The position numbers were made by a program, and so were the translations under genes. Below are positions 42,035 to 53,300 of a stretch of 64,000 nt of DNA, in pieces. The DNA lies in contig CBDDCK010000005.1 of the NCBI GenBank assembly GCA_965225855.1, positions 1,024,001-1,088,000 of the forward strand. Reading direction: 5' to 3'. This stretch comes from Spirochaetia bacterium. GTDB lineage: Bacteria > Spirochaetota > Spirochaetia > SP-2023. Within the stretch, counting starts at the first letter, position 1. Each line of letters begins with the position of its first letter. The notes under the pieces are model-generated. The model searched no databases and was not told the DNA's origin. It saw only the letters and a list, made by a program, of their open reading frames with translations.

Positions 42035-45000
42035 GCAGCGACTTTATCAGGGTCATTGATTTCATCGCTGATTTGTTCTTTATGTATATCTAAAATATTT
42101 TCGGTGTCAAAACCACAAGATTTATCATGTTTGCCACAAATATATTGATGCTTTGTAAACTTTAAATGGTTTTTTTCTTCTTCTCGATAAACCCATTCAT
42201 TTTCACAATAAGGACAGTTATCACTGGTTTGTTTTTCACTGGTAAAAATAATGGCTCCGTATTGATCTATATGTTTTATAATAATATCACTTTTTTTTGA
42301 TTTATACTCTTTATTCTTATCTCCCCAACCTTTATCTTTCTTCAATTGCTCTAATTGCTCTAAAGCAAGTTCCCTTTCTCTTACCTTAAGTTCCCTAATC
42401 TCAATCAAATCCTTAATATGCGGTGGGACAAAGCCTTTGGTTTGAAATTTTTGGAATAAAGCATACTCTAATCGCCGTGAAATATTGATATACAAATCTT
42501 GAAAATGCTTATCAATCATGTCTCTACTCAAGTCTTCTAAGACGATAAACCCGGGATATTTATCTTGTACGGAATATTTATCTTGTAGAAAAGAGATAAC
42601 CCCAATCATATTCGCTACCAAAGCATCTCGAAGATGATTGATTTTATTAGCACTTGGTTTATGCTCACTTCTATCGGTTGCTTGAAGTTCTTGCAAAAAC
42701 TCTTCAAAGCGTTGTTTAATATCTTCTTTGGTATAGGTGTAGTCTTTTAATTCTAAGCCCTCATATTCTTTTTCCCAATAATAAAAAGGTTTACCATCTA
42801 TTTTGAGATGAACGCCTTTATCATCTTCCCAATCGCTTATGCAAGAATTTTCATTGTAGTTTTCAAAAATGATTTTTTTAGCAGCTTCTTTTTTGAGTTT
42901 TAAGTAAGTGAAAACATCACCATTTAAAATGATTTTATCTTTGATCACTTTAGCTTTTGTAAGATCAATGAAGGCAAGATTTTTTTGCTCAAACAAATCA
43001 TCTCTATCTATTCTATCTATGAAATAAGAAAGATTATTAAAAATTCTTCTTTCTTTTATATTATCAAAATTGACCATTTTATGGCTTGGTTTTTCTTTGG
43101 TATTATAAAAATCTTTTCTCAGTTCATAGCATTTGATATCTTGCTCTTCAATTGGAAAAGTTGGTTTTAATATTTCTTGTTTTTCTTTTTTATTTTTATC
43201 ATAAAGATATTTATTGTCTTGATTAAACTTAGCAATGCACAAAGTTGCTAATTCGATATTCCCTCTATCTATGCCATATTTGTAAAAAGTATCCCAGTTT
43301 TGGTTGTTAAAATCTCTATTAAAATCTTTGATTTTCTCTTCTATTTCTTCTGCTTTGGCAAAGGCTAAATCTGTATGTAGGGAGTTTGGATTCAGTGTAA
43401 AAGTAGTAGTAAGAGTGAATTGGTCACGACATTTTCTATTATCTGAATAATTATTAGTTGATAAATAGTTATGCTCTGTATGATCTTTTCTCCTAAAATT
43501 AATTTTCATTTCAGGGTTTAATCTGATTGTATCGTTATTGGTAGTATTCCAAAAATCAAGCCACATTTTAGTATGTCTTCTGTTTTGGCTCTTTGGTGTT
43601 TGGTATTCATTTTGATTTCTTTTTTCTAAGTCATAAGAAGTGATCTTAAAAACGACAATATCAAATTTTTTCATCAAATCATCTCTTGTTTTTTGATTTA
43701 AGCCAAACGCTTTCATTTTATAAAGCGAATTCATCTCTTTTTCAAATGTTTCATTATCTTTTGCATTTAATACTTTGCTCAAATCAAAGTCAGATAAGTC
43801 TAAAATAGACTGTGCATAAGCTGTTTCTAAAATGCCTTGCATAAATTCCAATTCATATTCGGCTTTTGATTTATCACAAGGTTTTTTATTTTTATGATTA
43901 TTTTTTCTATTTTGTAACTCATTCTTATCATTGGTGGCTTCTTTGCTATCAGAATGAATTTTCAATAATTTGTGCAATGCCCTTTTGGTAAGAGTATCCC
44001 GCACATATTCATACATATCTTTAAGCCCCTTAATAAAAGTACTCTCTTCGGCAAAGCATAGTTTGTGCAATGCCCTTTTGGTAAGAGATGAGATAAAATG
44101 TAATTGATAGTCTTCATTAGTTTGTGAGCTGGTTAATTTTTCTAATTCTTTTCTCAACGCTTGCATCTTTTCTTTTGGTATCAGCCATAAGAAATCTTCA
44201 TTTTTATTTTTATTTTTGCCAATTCCTATCCAATATCTATTTTGTTCTGCTTCTAATTGTTGTTTTTCTAAATTTTTACTACTTGCTTTTATCTTGCCAT
44301 ACTGCATAGCAATAGTTTTGTAGCTATCTATAAATTCTACCCAATTTTTAAAATAATCATTAAAAACTTTCTTGTTTTGTTTTCTATCAAACCAAGACCT
44401 TTTAATTAGATAATCTCCTCGTTTTTGTTTGGGGGTTTTCTCTTGATTGCTTTTATCACCTTTGTTTTTGTTTTTATCAATTTGTTTTGTTAATAGGATA
44501 CATTTTTCTATAAAGCCTAAGCCTTTATCTTGAAAAAAGTAATACTTATTTTCCAGATTATCAGTTTGTTTTTGGCAATCTTCAAAGAACTGGCTTTTCA
44601 TTTTAGCTTTCAAATCTTGCATCAAAAATTTTATTTCTTCAATTGTGAAACTAATTTTATTCTCTGGAGATTGTTTAATCAGATTGTATTCATCTAAAAA
44701 ACTTGATTCTTCTTTGGATTTAAAGCAAATTTCTTTATCCTTATTATCTTTCTTAAAAATTGGTATCGTTAAAGTTTTTTTATCTTTATCATAACAAGCT
44801 ATTTTCTCATCTTGTCGATCTTCTAATTTTTTAATCTCACCATCAAAATACTCTTTAGATTTTTTATTCACGGTGTAGTAGTTCATACTACCACCTGCTA
44901 AACAAATCCCTGCAGTTTGAAAAGGTAAATAATTTTCTTGTAAAGCGAGCCATTCTTTTTCAAGTTCCTTAATCTTTTTATAAAGCCTGTTTATCTCTTC

Positions 45001-45525
45001 ACTTTTATGTTTATGATTTAAGTTCTGTAAAAAGTCTCTAATCAAGAATAAATATTTTTTTGAACAAAACTCATTGATTAGAAAAGCAATTTCACTGTTT
45101 CGCTCTTTTTCATTTTGATTTTTTGAAAGTAATTCTTTGATTTTATTTAAAAGTTTTTCTATGATTAAAAGTTCTCCTGATTTATTACCATTATTATTAA
45201 TGAATAATTCAAATAATTTATCTTTTAAATACGATACTTTTTCAACAAAATATTCTTTCTTTTTATGCTGTGCATAAAAGTCATTCTTAAAATAATTTTT
45301 CAAAAAATCTTTCTTTATAATCAAAAGAGAATTTATTTTTATTTTTTTCTCATCTTCATAAAAAAATAATTCTTTTAAAGATTTGAAAAATTTTTCTGTT
45401 TCAATAATCAATTCTTTCTCATTTATCTCTTTTATTTTTGGGAGGCTTAAATCTCCTTGAATCTTTTCTAATTTAAATCGTGTTGATTTTGTGTAAGTAT
45501 ATTTGTATTTGTTAAAGTCTTTCAT
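41917..45525 (-). CDS. cas12a2: Type V CRISPR effector, Cas12a2-related Cms1/Sm-clade nuclease (Cas12a3-like)
   Basis: N-terminal TKSTRFKL. Motifs NYLPFQTAGICLAGGSMNYYTVNKK, SLTKRALHKLCF, IRLNPE. RuvC-I YGIDRGNIELATL; NNLSYF; IDLTKAKVI..IILNGD; VANMIGVI. RuvC-II IVLEDL. Zinc ribbon CPYC..C..CGFDT. RuvC-III NDPDKVAAYNVAK. These match my recollection of Smithella Cms1 better than Cas12a or SuCas12a2. Confidence 0.85.
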   Translation of the reverse strand: MKDFNKYKYTYTKSTRFKLEKIQGDLSLPKIKEINEKELIIETEKFFKSLKELFFYEDEKKIKINSLLIIKKDFLKNYFKNDFYAQHKKKEYFVEKVSYLKDKLFELFINNNGNKSGELLIIEKLLNKIKELLSKNQNEKERNSEIAFLINEFCSKKYLFLIRDFLQNLNHKHKSEEINRLYKKIKELEKEWLALQENYLPFQTAGICLAGGSMNYYTVNKKSKEYFDGEIKKLEDRQDEKIACYDKDKKTLTIPIFKKDNKDKEICFKSKEESSFLDEYNLIKQSPENKISFTIEEIKFLMQDLKAKMKSQFFEDCQKQTDNLENKYYFFQDKGLGFIEKCILLTKQIDKNKNKGDKSNQEKTPKQKRGDYLIKRSWFDRKQNKKVFNDYFKNWVEFIDSYKTIAMQYGKIKASSKNLEKQQLEAEQNRYWIGIGKNKNKNEDFLWLIPKEKMQALRKELEKLTSSQTNEDYQLHFISSLTKRALHKLCFAEESTFIKGLKDMYEYVRDTLTKRALHKLLKIHSDSKEATNDKNELQNRKNNHKNKKPCDKSKAEYELEFMQGILETAYAQSILDLSDFDLSKVLNAKDNETFEKEMNSLYKMKAFGLNQKTRDDLMKKFDIVVFKITSYDLEKRNQNEYQTPKSQNRRHTKMWLDFWNTTNNDTIRLNPEMKINFRRKDHTEHNYLSTNNYSDNRKCRDQFTLTTTFTLNPNSLHTDLAFAKAEEIEEKIKDFNRDFNNQNWDTFYKYGIDRGNIELATLCIAKFNQDNKYLYDKNKKEKQEILKPTFPIEEQDIKCYELRKDFYNTKEKPSHKMVNFDNIKERRIFNNLSYFIDRIDRDDLFEQKNLAFIDLTKAKVIKDKIILNGDVFTYLKLKKEAAKKIIFENYNENSCISDWEDDKGVHLKIDGKPFYYWEKEYEGLELKDYTYTKEDIKQRFEEFLQELQATDRSEHKPSANKINHLRDALVANMIGVISFLQDKYSVQDKYPGFIVLEDLSRDMIDKHFQDLYINISRRLEYALFQKFQTKGFVPPHIKDLIEIRELKVRERELALEQLEQLKKDKGWGDKNKEYKSKKSDIIIKHIDQYGAIIFTSEKQTSDNCPYCENEWVYREEEKNHLKFTKHQYICGKHDKSCGFDTENILDIHKEQISDEINDPDKVAAYNVAKKAEKLKDKLELLNKPAERPNLPSNPTLNSVRLS

Positions 45526-45565
45526 TTTTATTCCTTTTAATTTTTATTTTAAAGTTTTATCAAGA

Positions 45566-48500
45566 TCAAGATTTATTTTCAATAGTTAACCACTTATCTT
45601 TTTGCTTTTTCACCAATTCTTCTTGTTGTGCAAAAGATTGCCAATCTGTTTTGAATACATCAATTCTCAATTTACCATCTTCTTTTTTATCTTCTGTGAT
45701 ATTTTGCAAGATGATAATCCCTTTTCTGGCAATATTATATGCACCATTAGCATCAGAATCTTGAGGAAGAAGAGCATCTTTAGAAGCATAATCTTTAAGT
45801 TTTCTACTATCGTAAAAAGGTTCAACAGGAGAAACAATAAAATCACTCTCTGCGTTATGGGTGTAAATTGTGTGAATGACTTTCCCTACATCATTTTTAA
45901 TTTCTTGTTTTTCAGCTTTGCTATTATCCGTTACTCGCATATCTAAAAGGCGATTAAAATGAGCTATAATTTTTGCAAGTAGTTTATTTTCTTTATAGTC
46001 TTCTGCTTTTGATTTTTTACAAATTATTTCTTTAATATCCAAATCTTTTGTAAGTGTAATTTCCTGTTCATTAAAAAGTTTTTTCAATTCTTCATTGGTA
46101 TCTACTAGTTTATGTGTGTTTTTGTCGTAAGTAGAGCGTTCTATACGGCTGTGAATTGTCCAAATTTTATCCAGTTTGGTTTCATCAAATTCTTTTTCGT
46201 CTTCATAATTTCCTGTCTTACCTTTGAAATTTTTCAGGTTATACGAAAACTCAAAATGCTCTCCATTAAAAATGATGCTTTCAAACTTGCCAAAAAATTC
46301 TTGTGCCTGTTCTACATCTTTATATTTAGGATACAACGAACGCATATAGCCCGTAATTGGGTCGGTTTTTGAAGTATAACCAGCCGCGGTATAAAACAAA
46401 ATTCCAGATTGTTTTCCTAATTTTTGAAAACTCTCAAATTTATTAGAAAGTTGTAATGGCTTTAGGTAATGACCTGCCTTGTTTGAGTCTGTTTCTTTTT
46501 TGAATATTAAATAATTTAGTTTATCAATTAGGGCTTTCTCAAATTTTTGGTAAATCTGTTTTTCTACCTTAAATCTTCCTCGTTTAAAACCAGAATTTAA
46601 ATCCTCCAGAACAACAATAGCATTATGTTTTACAATCAATTGACTCAATTGATGCACTACTTGGGAAAGATACCCTGCTTTTAATTCTTTAATGTTTTCA
46701 ATAGTTTCCCAGTTTTCTCTTGCACCTGCGCGTTCTTTTTCTTTGGTGTCAAGTTTTGCATGATAGTCAATTTCTTTGGTAAATTTTGTACCTTCTTTTT
46801 CATATTCATTTTTAATAATATTCCAACTGCCTTGCTCTAAAATATCACCATCTTGATTGATAACCGAGTAATACAGTAAATTTCGCTCACCCCTATCAAT
46901 ACCAATAATCTTGACATCTTTGTTGTCTTTCAAAAATTCATTTACTTCTTGATTTAAGTAACTGCTACCTTGTGCTTTGAAATTACAAGTAATAGGACAA
47001 TGAAATAAAATTTTATCCTCACTATATCTTTTGTCTTTAGTAATTTCTTGATTTTTATTAGTAATAATTTTGCCGATAATCGTATCCTTATATTGTACCA
47101 GCTTATATTTTGTATGTTCACACTCCTTATAAGTAATATTATCTTTGCCCTTCAGGTCATCTTCAATATTTTGTTCAGTTATAGGTAACCCTAACTCTTT
47201 CCATTCTTTAGCATATTGCTTGTGTTTTAGAATAGTACCTACTTTATGGACAAAAAGATTCTTTATATTTATAGATGCTTTTCTAAAAAATAATTCTGCT
47301 TGACCGTTTAATTTATAAACGACATCTTTTAAGTTCTCTTCCTCAAAAAGTGCTTTCCAAAAGATAGTATGAAGATTATCAGTTCCTTTCTTTGTTTTCT
47401 CTTTAGAAAAATCTTTGTTGTATATTTCAAAAAGGTAGAGTTTTTCTTCTCCTACACATTGATCGATATAATTTTCACTGATATTAGTAAAAGATATTTT
47501 ATAAATACAGTGAGATAATTTATTATAAAATTTATCTAAAGATTCATATTCTTTTTCAAATAAGTTCTTGTAATCATATTCAGCTTCTGCTGTGCTAGCA
47601 TAACTTTCTAAAAATGATTTACAAAATTTAATCCAAGTATTCAATGCTTCTTGATACTCTTTTTTGTAACGTGTCATCTCATTTTCAATTTTAGTAATAG
47701 TTTCTTTATGTTCTAAAAATTTATTTAAATCCGTTTTTGATATTGCTGGATTCTCTATTTTTGATTCAGTCTCAAGTTTAAATTTAATCTCATTTTCTCT
47801 TATCTGCAAATATTCTTTTTGAAACTTTTTGGGTCTTGTATCTTCTGATTTTCTAGGCACAAATTCTTTTTTTGATTTATCATATACAGTGTTGTTGAGT
47901 TCAAAAACTTGTTTTGTGATTTCCAAGTTTGATGAAAATTTTCCCTCGCTTGATTCTTTTTCAATAAGAAATGAAGTGTCGTTTTTATCAAAATGCTTTT
48001 TTACTTCTGAACGTTGAGTGGAACACTTAGGAATCATTGTAGTTCCATCTTTAAAAAATTTATAAACTACTTTTTTATATTGCTGACCTTCTTTTTTAAT
48101 AAGTTTCAAGTTGGATAATTCTTTTTCCAAATTCAATAACTTATCGCTCTCTTGTTTATGTCCTTTTGTTCCTTGTTTTTTATTCGCTAATTTCTCCTTT
48201 TGTTTTTGAATCTCTTTACATTTGTTTTCAATAGCTACTTTATTTTCATCATCACCGCTATTTTTAAAGATCGTACTATGCGCTTTATCCATTACAGCCA
48301 GATAATATTTATTATCCTTTAATAATAGGGCACAGGTATTATCAGTTTCTTTATTTTTATCCCACCCATCAGCAAGGGTTGCATTTTCAAAATTGAGTTT
48401 AAATTTTTCTACACTATATGGTTTTTGTGTGAGGTAGTTTCTGACTTGGTCATAGAGTGTGTTTATTTGTGATAAGTTGTCGTAAATTTTATCAAATTCA

Positions 48501-50272
48501 CTATAAAAAGCATTATCTTTTTCAAATAAATTTTGTTTTTTCTCATCGCTCTTTTTGATTTTTACGACCAATGGCTTTAAGAAAAATTGCAATTGTTTGA
48601 TACTGTCTAAATAGTTTTTAATTTTTAAAACATCTTCTTTATTGTTTTTTAATTCTTGCTCTTCATTATTGTATTTTTCTAAAATACAATTAATTTTGGA
48701 ATTTGATTTAATATTTTCTAAAATGTCAATTGTTCGATGATTTTCTTTATCTGTAATTTTAAGACTTTCAAAATATGTAATCAAAGGCTTATTTATAGTT
48801 TTATTTTTGAGCTCATCTGTAATCTCATCACTTTCATAGTTTTTAGTATAAAACTCCAAAGCATTGTGAATCTTTTCAAGAGAAAAATAATCTTTTTTGA
48901 GTTCTTTTTCTCTTTGTTTTTCTGTAAATCTTTTCGGGTTGTTGTTTTTATCTTTGCCTAATAACTCATTTTTAAAATAATACACTAAAGCACTTTTATG
49001 ATATTGCCCAAAAATTTCTTGTGAAATATCGGTAATAGCTTTATCATTTTTGATATAAACTTTGGATAAATCTGCCTGCTCTTTTAATATAGTAAAGATA
49101 TTTTTATCGCAAGTAGATTTTAATCTCTCTGTGATGTTAAAATGTTCTTCCCCATTATAATAAAATAAATTGTCATTTTCAAAAGTAAAGCGTTGTAAAT
49201 CCTCACATAATTCAGCATCTGATTTGATACCCTCTAAACGAAATGAGCTACCTTCTCTATCGCTTAAAATCTGTTTGAAAAGCTCTTGCATTTTGCAGGA
49301 ATAAGTATCTTTTTTCTTTTCTTGCTCTTTTTTATCATTTTCTTCTAAGCCTTTCTTTTGTGACAAAACAGGGAACAAAAGATGCTCAGCTTTTTTATCA
49401 TCTCCCTCTAAGCCTTTCTTTTGTGAGACTAATCGCTGACCTGCTAAATTGATAATCTCGTTGAAGCCTTTGATTTTTGTATTTTTATCAATAGTTTTTC
49501 CACCAATAACTTGGTTATATTTATCAATTCCACTTTGAGTTAAACATTGATTAAAGTATTCTAACTTGAAAACACTGTCTAAACTTTCAATTTTTAAATC
49601 ATCTAAATTTTCTTTTAATTTAGAAAAATCAATATTGAGTTTCTTTGCGTTCTCATAGCATTCTAAATTCTCTAAAAACTTGGGTAAATTTTCGTGAATG
49701 AGTCTATAACCAATCGCCGTAGAGTGTTCTTTTTCTGTGTAAATATTCTTTCTGTTCTCTTCAAAACCTCCAAAGTAAGTTGTCCAGCCTTTGAACTTTG
49801 TGATAATCTCTATTTTATGTTTATGGTCTAAATCTTGACCATTTTGGTATCGCTTTTTTAACCACGAGATAAGGATACTTTCAATAAACTCTTTTCCAAA
49901 TGGCTCTTTATCAGTTTTAAAAATTTCACCTTTGGCATTGGAAAGTTTTTTGCGTAATTGACCTTGTATTGATTCTAAACTCTTTTGAAGTGTTTTATTT
50001 TTCTTATCGCTTTTAAGTTTTGAATAGATCTCTTTAAAATTTTTTAATTCTTTAACATCAAAAGCAAAATTTTTCAAACCCTCATTGATAAACCATTTAT
50101 GATATTCATCAATGATTTTTTTGGCTTCTTTATAGTCTTTTGCTCGTTGCTCATCTTTGCTAATGAGACCTTTATTGTTGATATGCTCAAGTGTTTTTCC
50201 AATAGGTTTTAACTCAAATCGTAGGGTTTTATCTACAGAATATTTATTTGTAAATTTTTCAAACATCTCCAT
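45566..50272 (-). CDS. cas12a: Type V-A CRISPR effector Cas12a (Cpf1), unusually long
   Basis: FTNKYSVDKTLRFELKPIGKT, TTYFGGFEENRKNIY, YRLIHENLPKF, LYDQVRNYLTQKPYSVEKFKLNF, GWDKNKE, LYLFEIYNKDFS, KLNGQAELFFR. RuvC motifs IGIDRGERNL, VLEDLN, DSDANGAYNIARKG are all intact. Confidence 0.97.
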   Translation of the reverse strand: MEMFEKFTNKYSVDKTLRFELKPIGKTLEHINNKGLISKDEQRAKDYKEAKKIIDEYHKWFINEGLKNFAFDVKELKNFKEIYSKLKSDKKNKTLQKSLESIQGQLRKKLSNAKGEIFKTDKEPFGKEFIESILISWLKKRYQNGQDLDHKHKIEIITKFKGWTTYFGGFEENRKNIYTEKEHSTAIGYRLIHENLPKFLENLECYENAKKLNIDFSKLKENLDDLKIESLDSVFKLEYFNQCLTQSGIDKYNQVIGGKTIDKNTKIKGFNEIINLAGQRLVSQKKGLEGDDKKAEHLLFPVLSQKKGLEENDKKEQEKKKDTYSCKMQELFKQILSDREGSSFRLEGIKSDAELCEDLQRFTFENDNLFYYNGEEHFNITERLKSTCDKNIFTILKEQADLSKVYIKNDKAITDISQEIFGQYHKSALVYYFKNELLGKDKNNNPKRFTEKQREKELKKDYFSLEKIHNALEFYTKNYESDEITDELKNKTINKPLITYFESLKITDKENHRTIDILENIKSNSKINCILEKYNNEEQELKNNKEDVLKIKNYLDSIKQLQFFLKPLVVKIKKSDEKKQNLFEKDNAFYSEFDKIYDNLSQINTLYDQVRNYLTQKPYSVEKFKLNFENATLADGWDKNKETDNTCALLLKDNKYYLAVMDKAHSTIFKNSGDDENKVAIENKCKEIQKQKEKLANKKQGTKGHKQESDKLLNLEKELSNLKLIKKEGQQYKKVVYKFFKDGTTMIPKCSTQRSEVKKHFDKNDTSFLIEKESSEGKFSSNLEITKQVFELNNTVYDKSKKEFVPRKSEDTRPKKFQKEYLQIRENEIKFKLETESKIENPAISKTDLNKFLEHKETITKIENEMTRYKKEYQEALNTWIKFCKSFLESYASTAEAEYDYKNLFEKEYESLDKFYNKLSHCIYKISFTNISENYIDQCVGEEKLYLFEIYNKDFSKEKTKKGTDNLHTIFWKALFEEENLKDVVYKLNGQAELFFRKASINIKNLFVHKVGTILKHKQYAKEWKELGLPITEQNIEDDLKGKDNITYKECEHTKYKLVQYKDTIIGKIITNKNQEITKDKRYSEDKILFHCPITCNFKAQGSSYLNQEVNEFLKDNKDVKIIGIDRGERNLLYYSVINQDGDILEQGSWNIIKNEYEKEGTKFTKEIDYHAKLDTKEKERAGARENWETIENIKELKAGYLSQVVHQLSQLIVKHNAIVVLEDLNSGFKRGRFKVEKQIYQKFEKALIDKLNYLIFKKETDSNKAGHYLKPLQLSNKFESFQKLGKQSGILFYTAAGYTSKTDPITGYMRSLYPKYKDVEQAQEFFGKFESIIFNGEHFEFSYNLKNFKGKTGNYEDEKEFDETKLDKIWTIHSRIERSTYDKNTHKLVDTNEELKKLFNEQEITLTKDLDIKEIICKKSKAEDYKENKLLAKIIAHFNRLLDMRVTDNSKAEKQEIKNDVGKVIHTIYTHNAESDFIVSPVEPFYDSRKLKDYASKDALLPQDSDANGAYNIARKGIIILQNITEDKKEDGKLRIDVFKTDWQSFAQQEELVKKQKDKWLTIENKS

Positions 50273-50277
50273 ATAAA

Positions 50278-50318
50278 CTCCTGCACGCTAGTATAGTTAT
50301 TTCATTTGTCAAGCTCAA
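50278..50318 (-). promoter_or_regulatory. Putative sigma70 promoter and RBS for the cas operon
   Basis: Minus strand TTGAGC (50318-50313), 17 nt, TATACT (50295-50290), then AGGAG just upstream of ATG at 50272. Confidence 0.55.
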
Positions 50319-50339
50319 TAACTTTAACATAATTATTTA

Positions 50340-53300
50340 ATCTACAACAGTAGAAATTAAATAGTGTCCTTAGACTCTTCTTCTCTGCTGTATATTTTTT
50401 TGTAAAATCTACAACAGTAGAAATTAAATAGTGTCCTTAGACCAAACCACCCAAACATTCAACCCTTCAATCTACAACAGTAGAAATTAAATAGTGTCCT
50501 TAGACTTACTCAACATCCTAGTCTGCTACAATCTACAACAGTAGAAATTAAATAGTGTCCTTAGACTCTTCTTCTCTGCTGTATATTTTTTTGTAAAATC
50601 TACAACAGTAGAAATTAAATAGTGTCCTTAGACCAAACCACCCAAACATTCAACCCTTCAATCTACAACAGTAGAAATTAAATAGTGTCCTTAGACTTAC
50701 TCAACATCCTAGTCTGCTACAATCTACAACAGTAGAAATTAAATAGTGTCCTTAGACTCTTCTTCTCTGCTGTATATTTTTTTGTAAAATCTACAACAGT
50801 AGAAATTAAATAGTGTCCTTAGACCAACGAAGCCCTAGCCGAAGCCAACGATCTACAACAGTAGAAATTAAATAGTGTCCTTAGACTATGATATGGACAG
50901 AAGAAGATGATGATATCTACAACAGTAGAAATTAAATAGTGTCCTTAGACGAATAACAACGGCGAGATCGCCGTAATCTACAACAGTAGAAATTAAATAG
51001 TGTCCTTAGACGAAAATAGCTAAGGGAATAGCTATAGAGATCTACAACAGTAGAAATTAAATAGTGTCCTTAGACAGCCCTATGGTGATTGCTACAGGCC
51101 TATCTACAACAGTAGAAATTAAATAGTGTCCTTAGACAGCCCTATGGTGATTGCTACAGGCCTATCTACAACAGTAGAAATTAAATAGTGTCCTTAGACA
51201 AAATAGCAAACGATGCCGTGGTCGCAATCTACAACAGTAGAAATTAAATAGTGTCCTTAGACACGTTAATTTGCCCGATTATTGTAAAAATCTACAACAG
51301 TAGAAATTAAATAGTGTCCTTAGACACCGTATAATGCAATTGCATGATTGATTATCTACAACAGTAGAAATTAAATAGTGTCCTTAGACACCGTATAATG
51401 CAATTGCATGATTGATTATCTACAACAGTAGAAATTAAATAGTGTCCTTAGACCATATTGCCACTCAAAAACAATTTTAACTATCTACAACAGTAGAAAT
51501 TAAATAGTGTCCTTAGACAGTCTATTGTTCGTCTGTCTTGGAGGGAATCTACAACAGTAGAAATTAAATAGTGTCCTTAGACCACTCCTCCAGCACACAC
51601 ACTCCTCCAGATCTACAACAGTAGAAATTAAATAGTGTCCTTAGACGGATTCATAGTCAGCCTCAAAATGGGATCTACAACAGTAGAAATTAAATAGTGT
51701 CCTTAGACAATGAAATCTTCCCATTGATCCCATAAATCTACAACAGTAGAAATTAAATAGTGTCCTTAGACGCCAACAGCAATAAAATAGCAATGTTCAT
51801 CTACAACAGTAGAAATTAAATAGTGTCCTTAGACCCTGTGTATCTTGGTGAAGATTATTCATCTACAACAGTAGAAATTAAATAGTGTCCTTAGACGCGT
51901 TTTATCCGTGTAGGAATCTACAATCTACAACAGTAGAAATTAAATAGTGTCCTTAGACAACTCATCCCAGCGACCCTGATAGCCATCTACAACAGTAGAA
52001 ATTAAATAGTGTCCTTAGACAATACTCATTATAAATAAGGTTATACGCTATCTACAACAGTAGAAATTAAATAGTGTCCTTAGACTGTATCTGTATAGAC
52101 AATCTAAGGTCAATCTACAACAGTAGAAATTAAATAGTGTCCTTAGACTCTATATTCATCCCAACGTCCTTGATAACATCTACAACAGTAGAAATTAAAT
52201 AGTGTCCTTAGACATGTCAATTACCATAATCCCTTTAGTATCTACAACAGTAGAAATTAAATAGTGTCCTTAGACCAAATGCAGTGCTCTTTTTTTTTTA
52301 ATCTACAACAGTAGAAATTAAATAGTGTCCTTAGACTCTGGATGAACACATACGAACTAGTTATCTACAACAGTAGAAATTAAATAGTGTCCTTAGACAC
52401 TGTTGCACAAGGCCTCCCAATTTTATCTACAACAGTAGAAATTAAATAGTGTCCTTAGACATGTCTAATGAAATAAAACAATACAATATCTACAACAGTA
52501 GAAATTAAATAGTGTCCTTAGACCGGTTGTATAGCTTTGCATTGGGCAGCCATCTACAACAGTAGAAATTAAATAGTGTCCTTAGACCCCTAAGCATAAG
52601 AGCACTATTCAATACTATCTACAACAGTAGAAATTAAATAGTGTCCTTAGACTTACGCCATTACATTGGGCCGCGCGCAAATCTACAACAGTAGAAATTA
52701 AATAGTGTCCTTAGACATTATCTTAATATATCCAAGGGGCTATAATCTACAACAGTAGAAATTAAATAGTGTCCTTAGACACAGCCCCATCTAGGAAATC
52801 CATTTAATCTACAACAGTAGAAATTAAATAGTGTCCTTAGACAACAGATTCAAAAATCCCTTTTTATCTATCTACAACAGTAGAAATTAAATAGTGTCCT
52901 TAGACATCGGGCACGCCGTTTATTACCAATTATCTACAACAGTAGAAATTAAATAGTGTCCTTAGACGGAAAATGAATAAGTTTGCTTGTACTTAATCTA
53001 CAACAGTAGAAATTAAATAGTGTCCTTAGACGGAAAATGAATAAGTTTGCTTGTACTTAATCTACAACAGTAGAAATTAAATAGTGTCCTTAGACATGGC
53101 AGGCGCAGAAGGAGACGCCCGTATCTACAACAGTAGAAATTAAATAGTGTCCTTAGACATTTTTATCCTATACCCGCAGCAGTAACAATCTACAACAGTA
53201 GAAATTAAATAGTGTCCTTAGACCTTCAATCTGTTCTTCCATATACCACCTATCTACAACAGTAGAAATTAAATAGTGTCCTTAGACTGTCGTGATATTT

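Noticed and set aside
45526..45565. tracrRNA or anti-repeat near the cas genes
   Set aside because: No anti-repeat seen in the short intergenic gaps, and Cas12a-family effectors do not need one.
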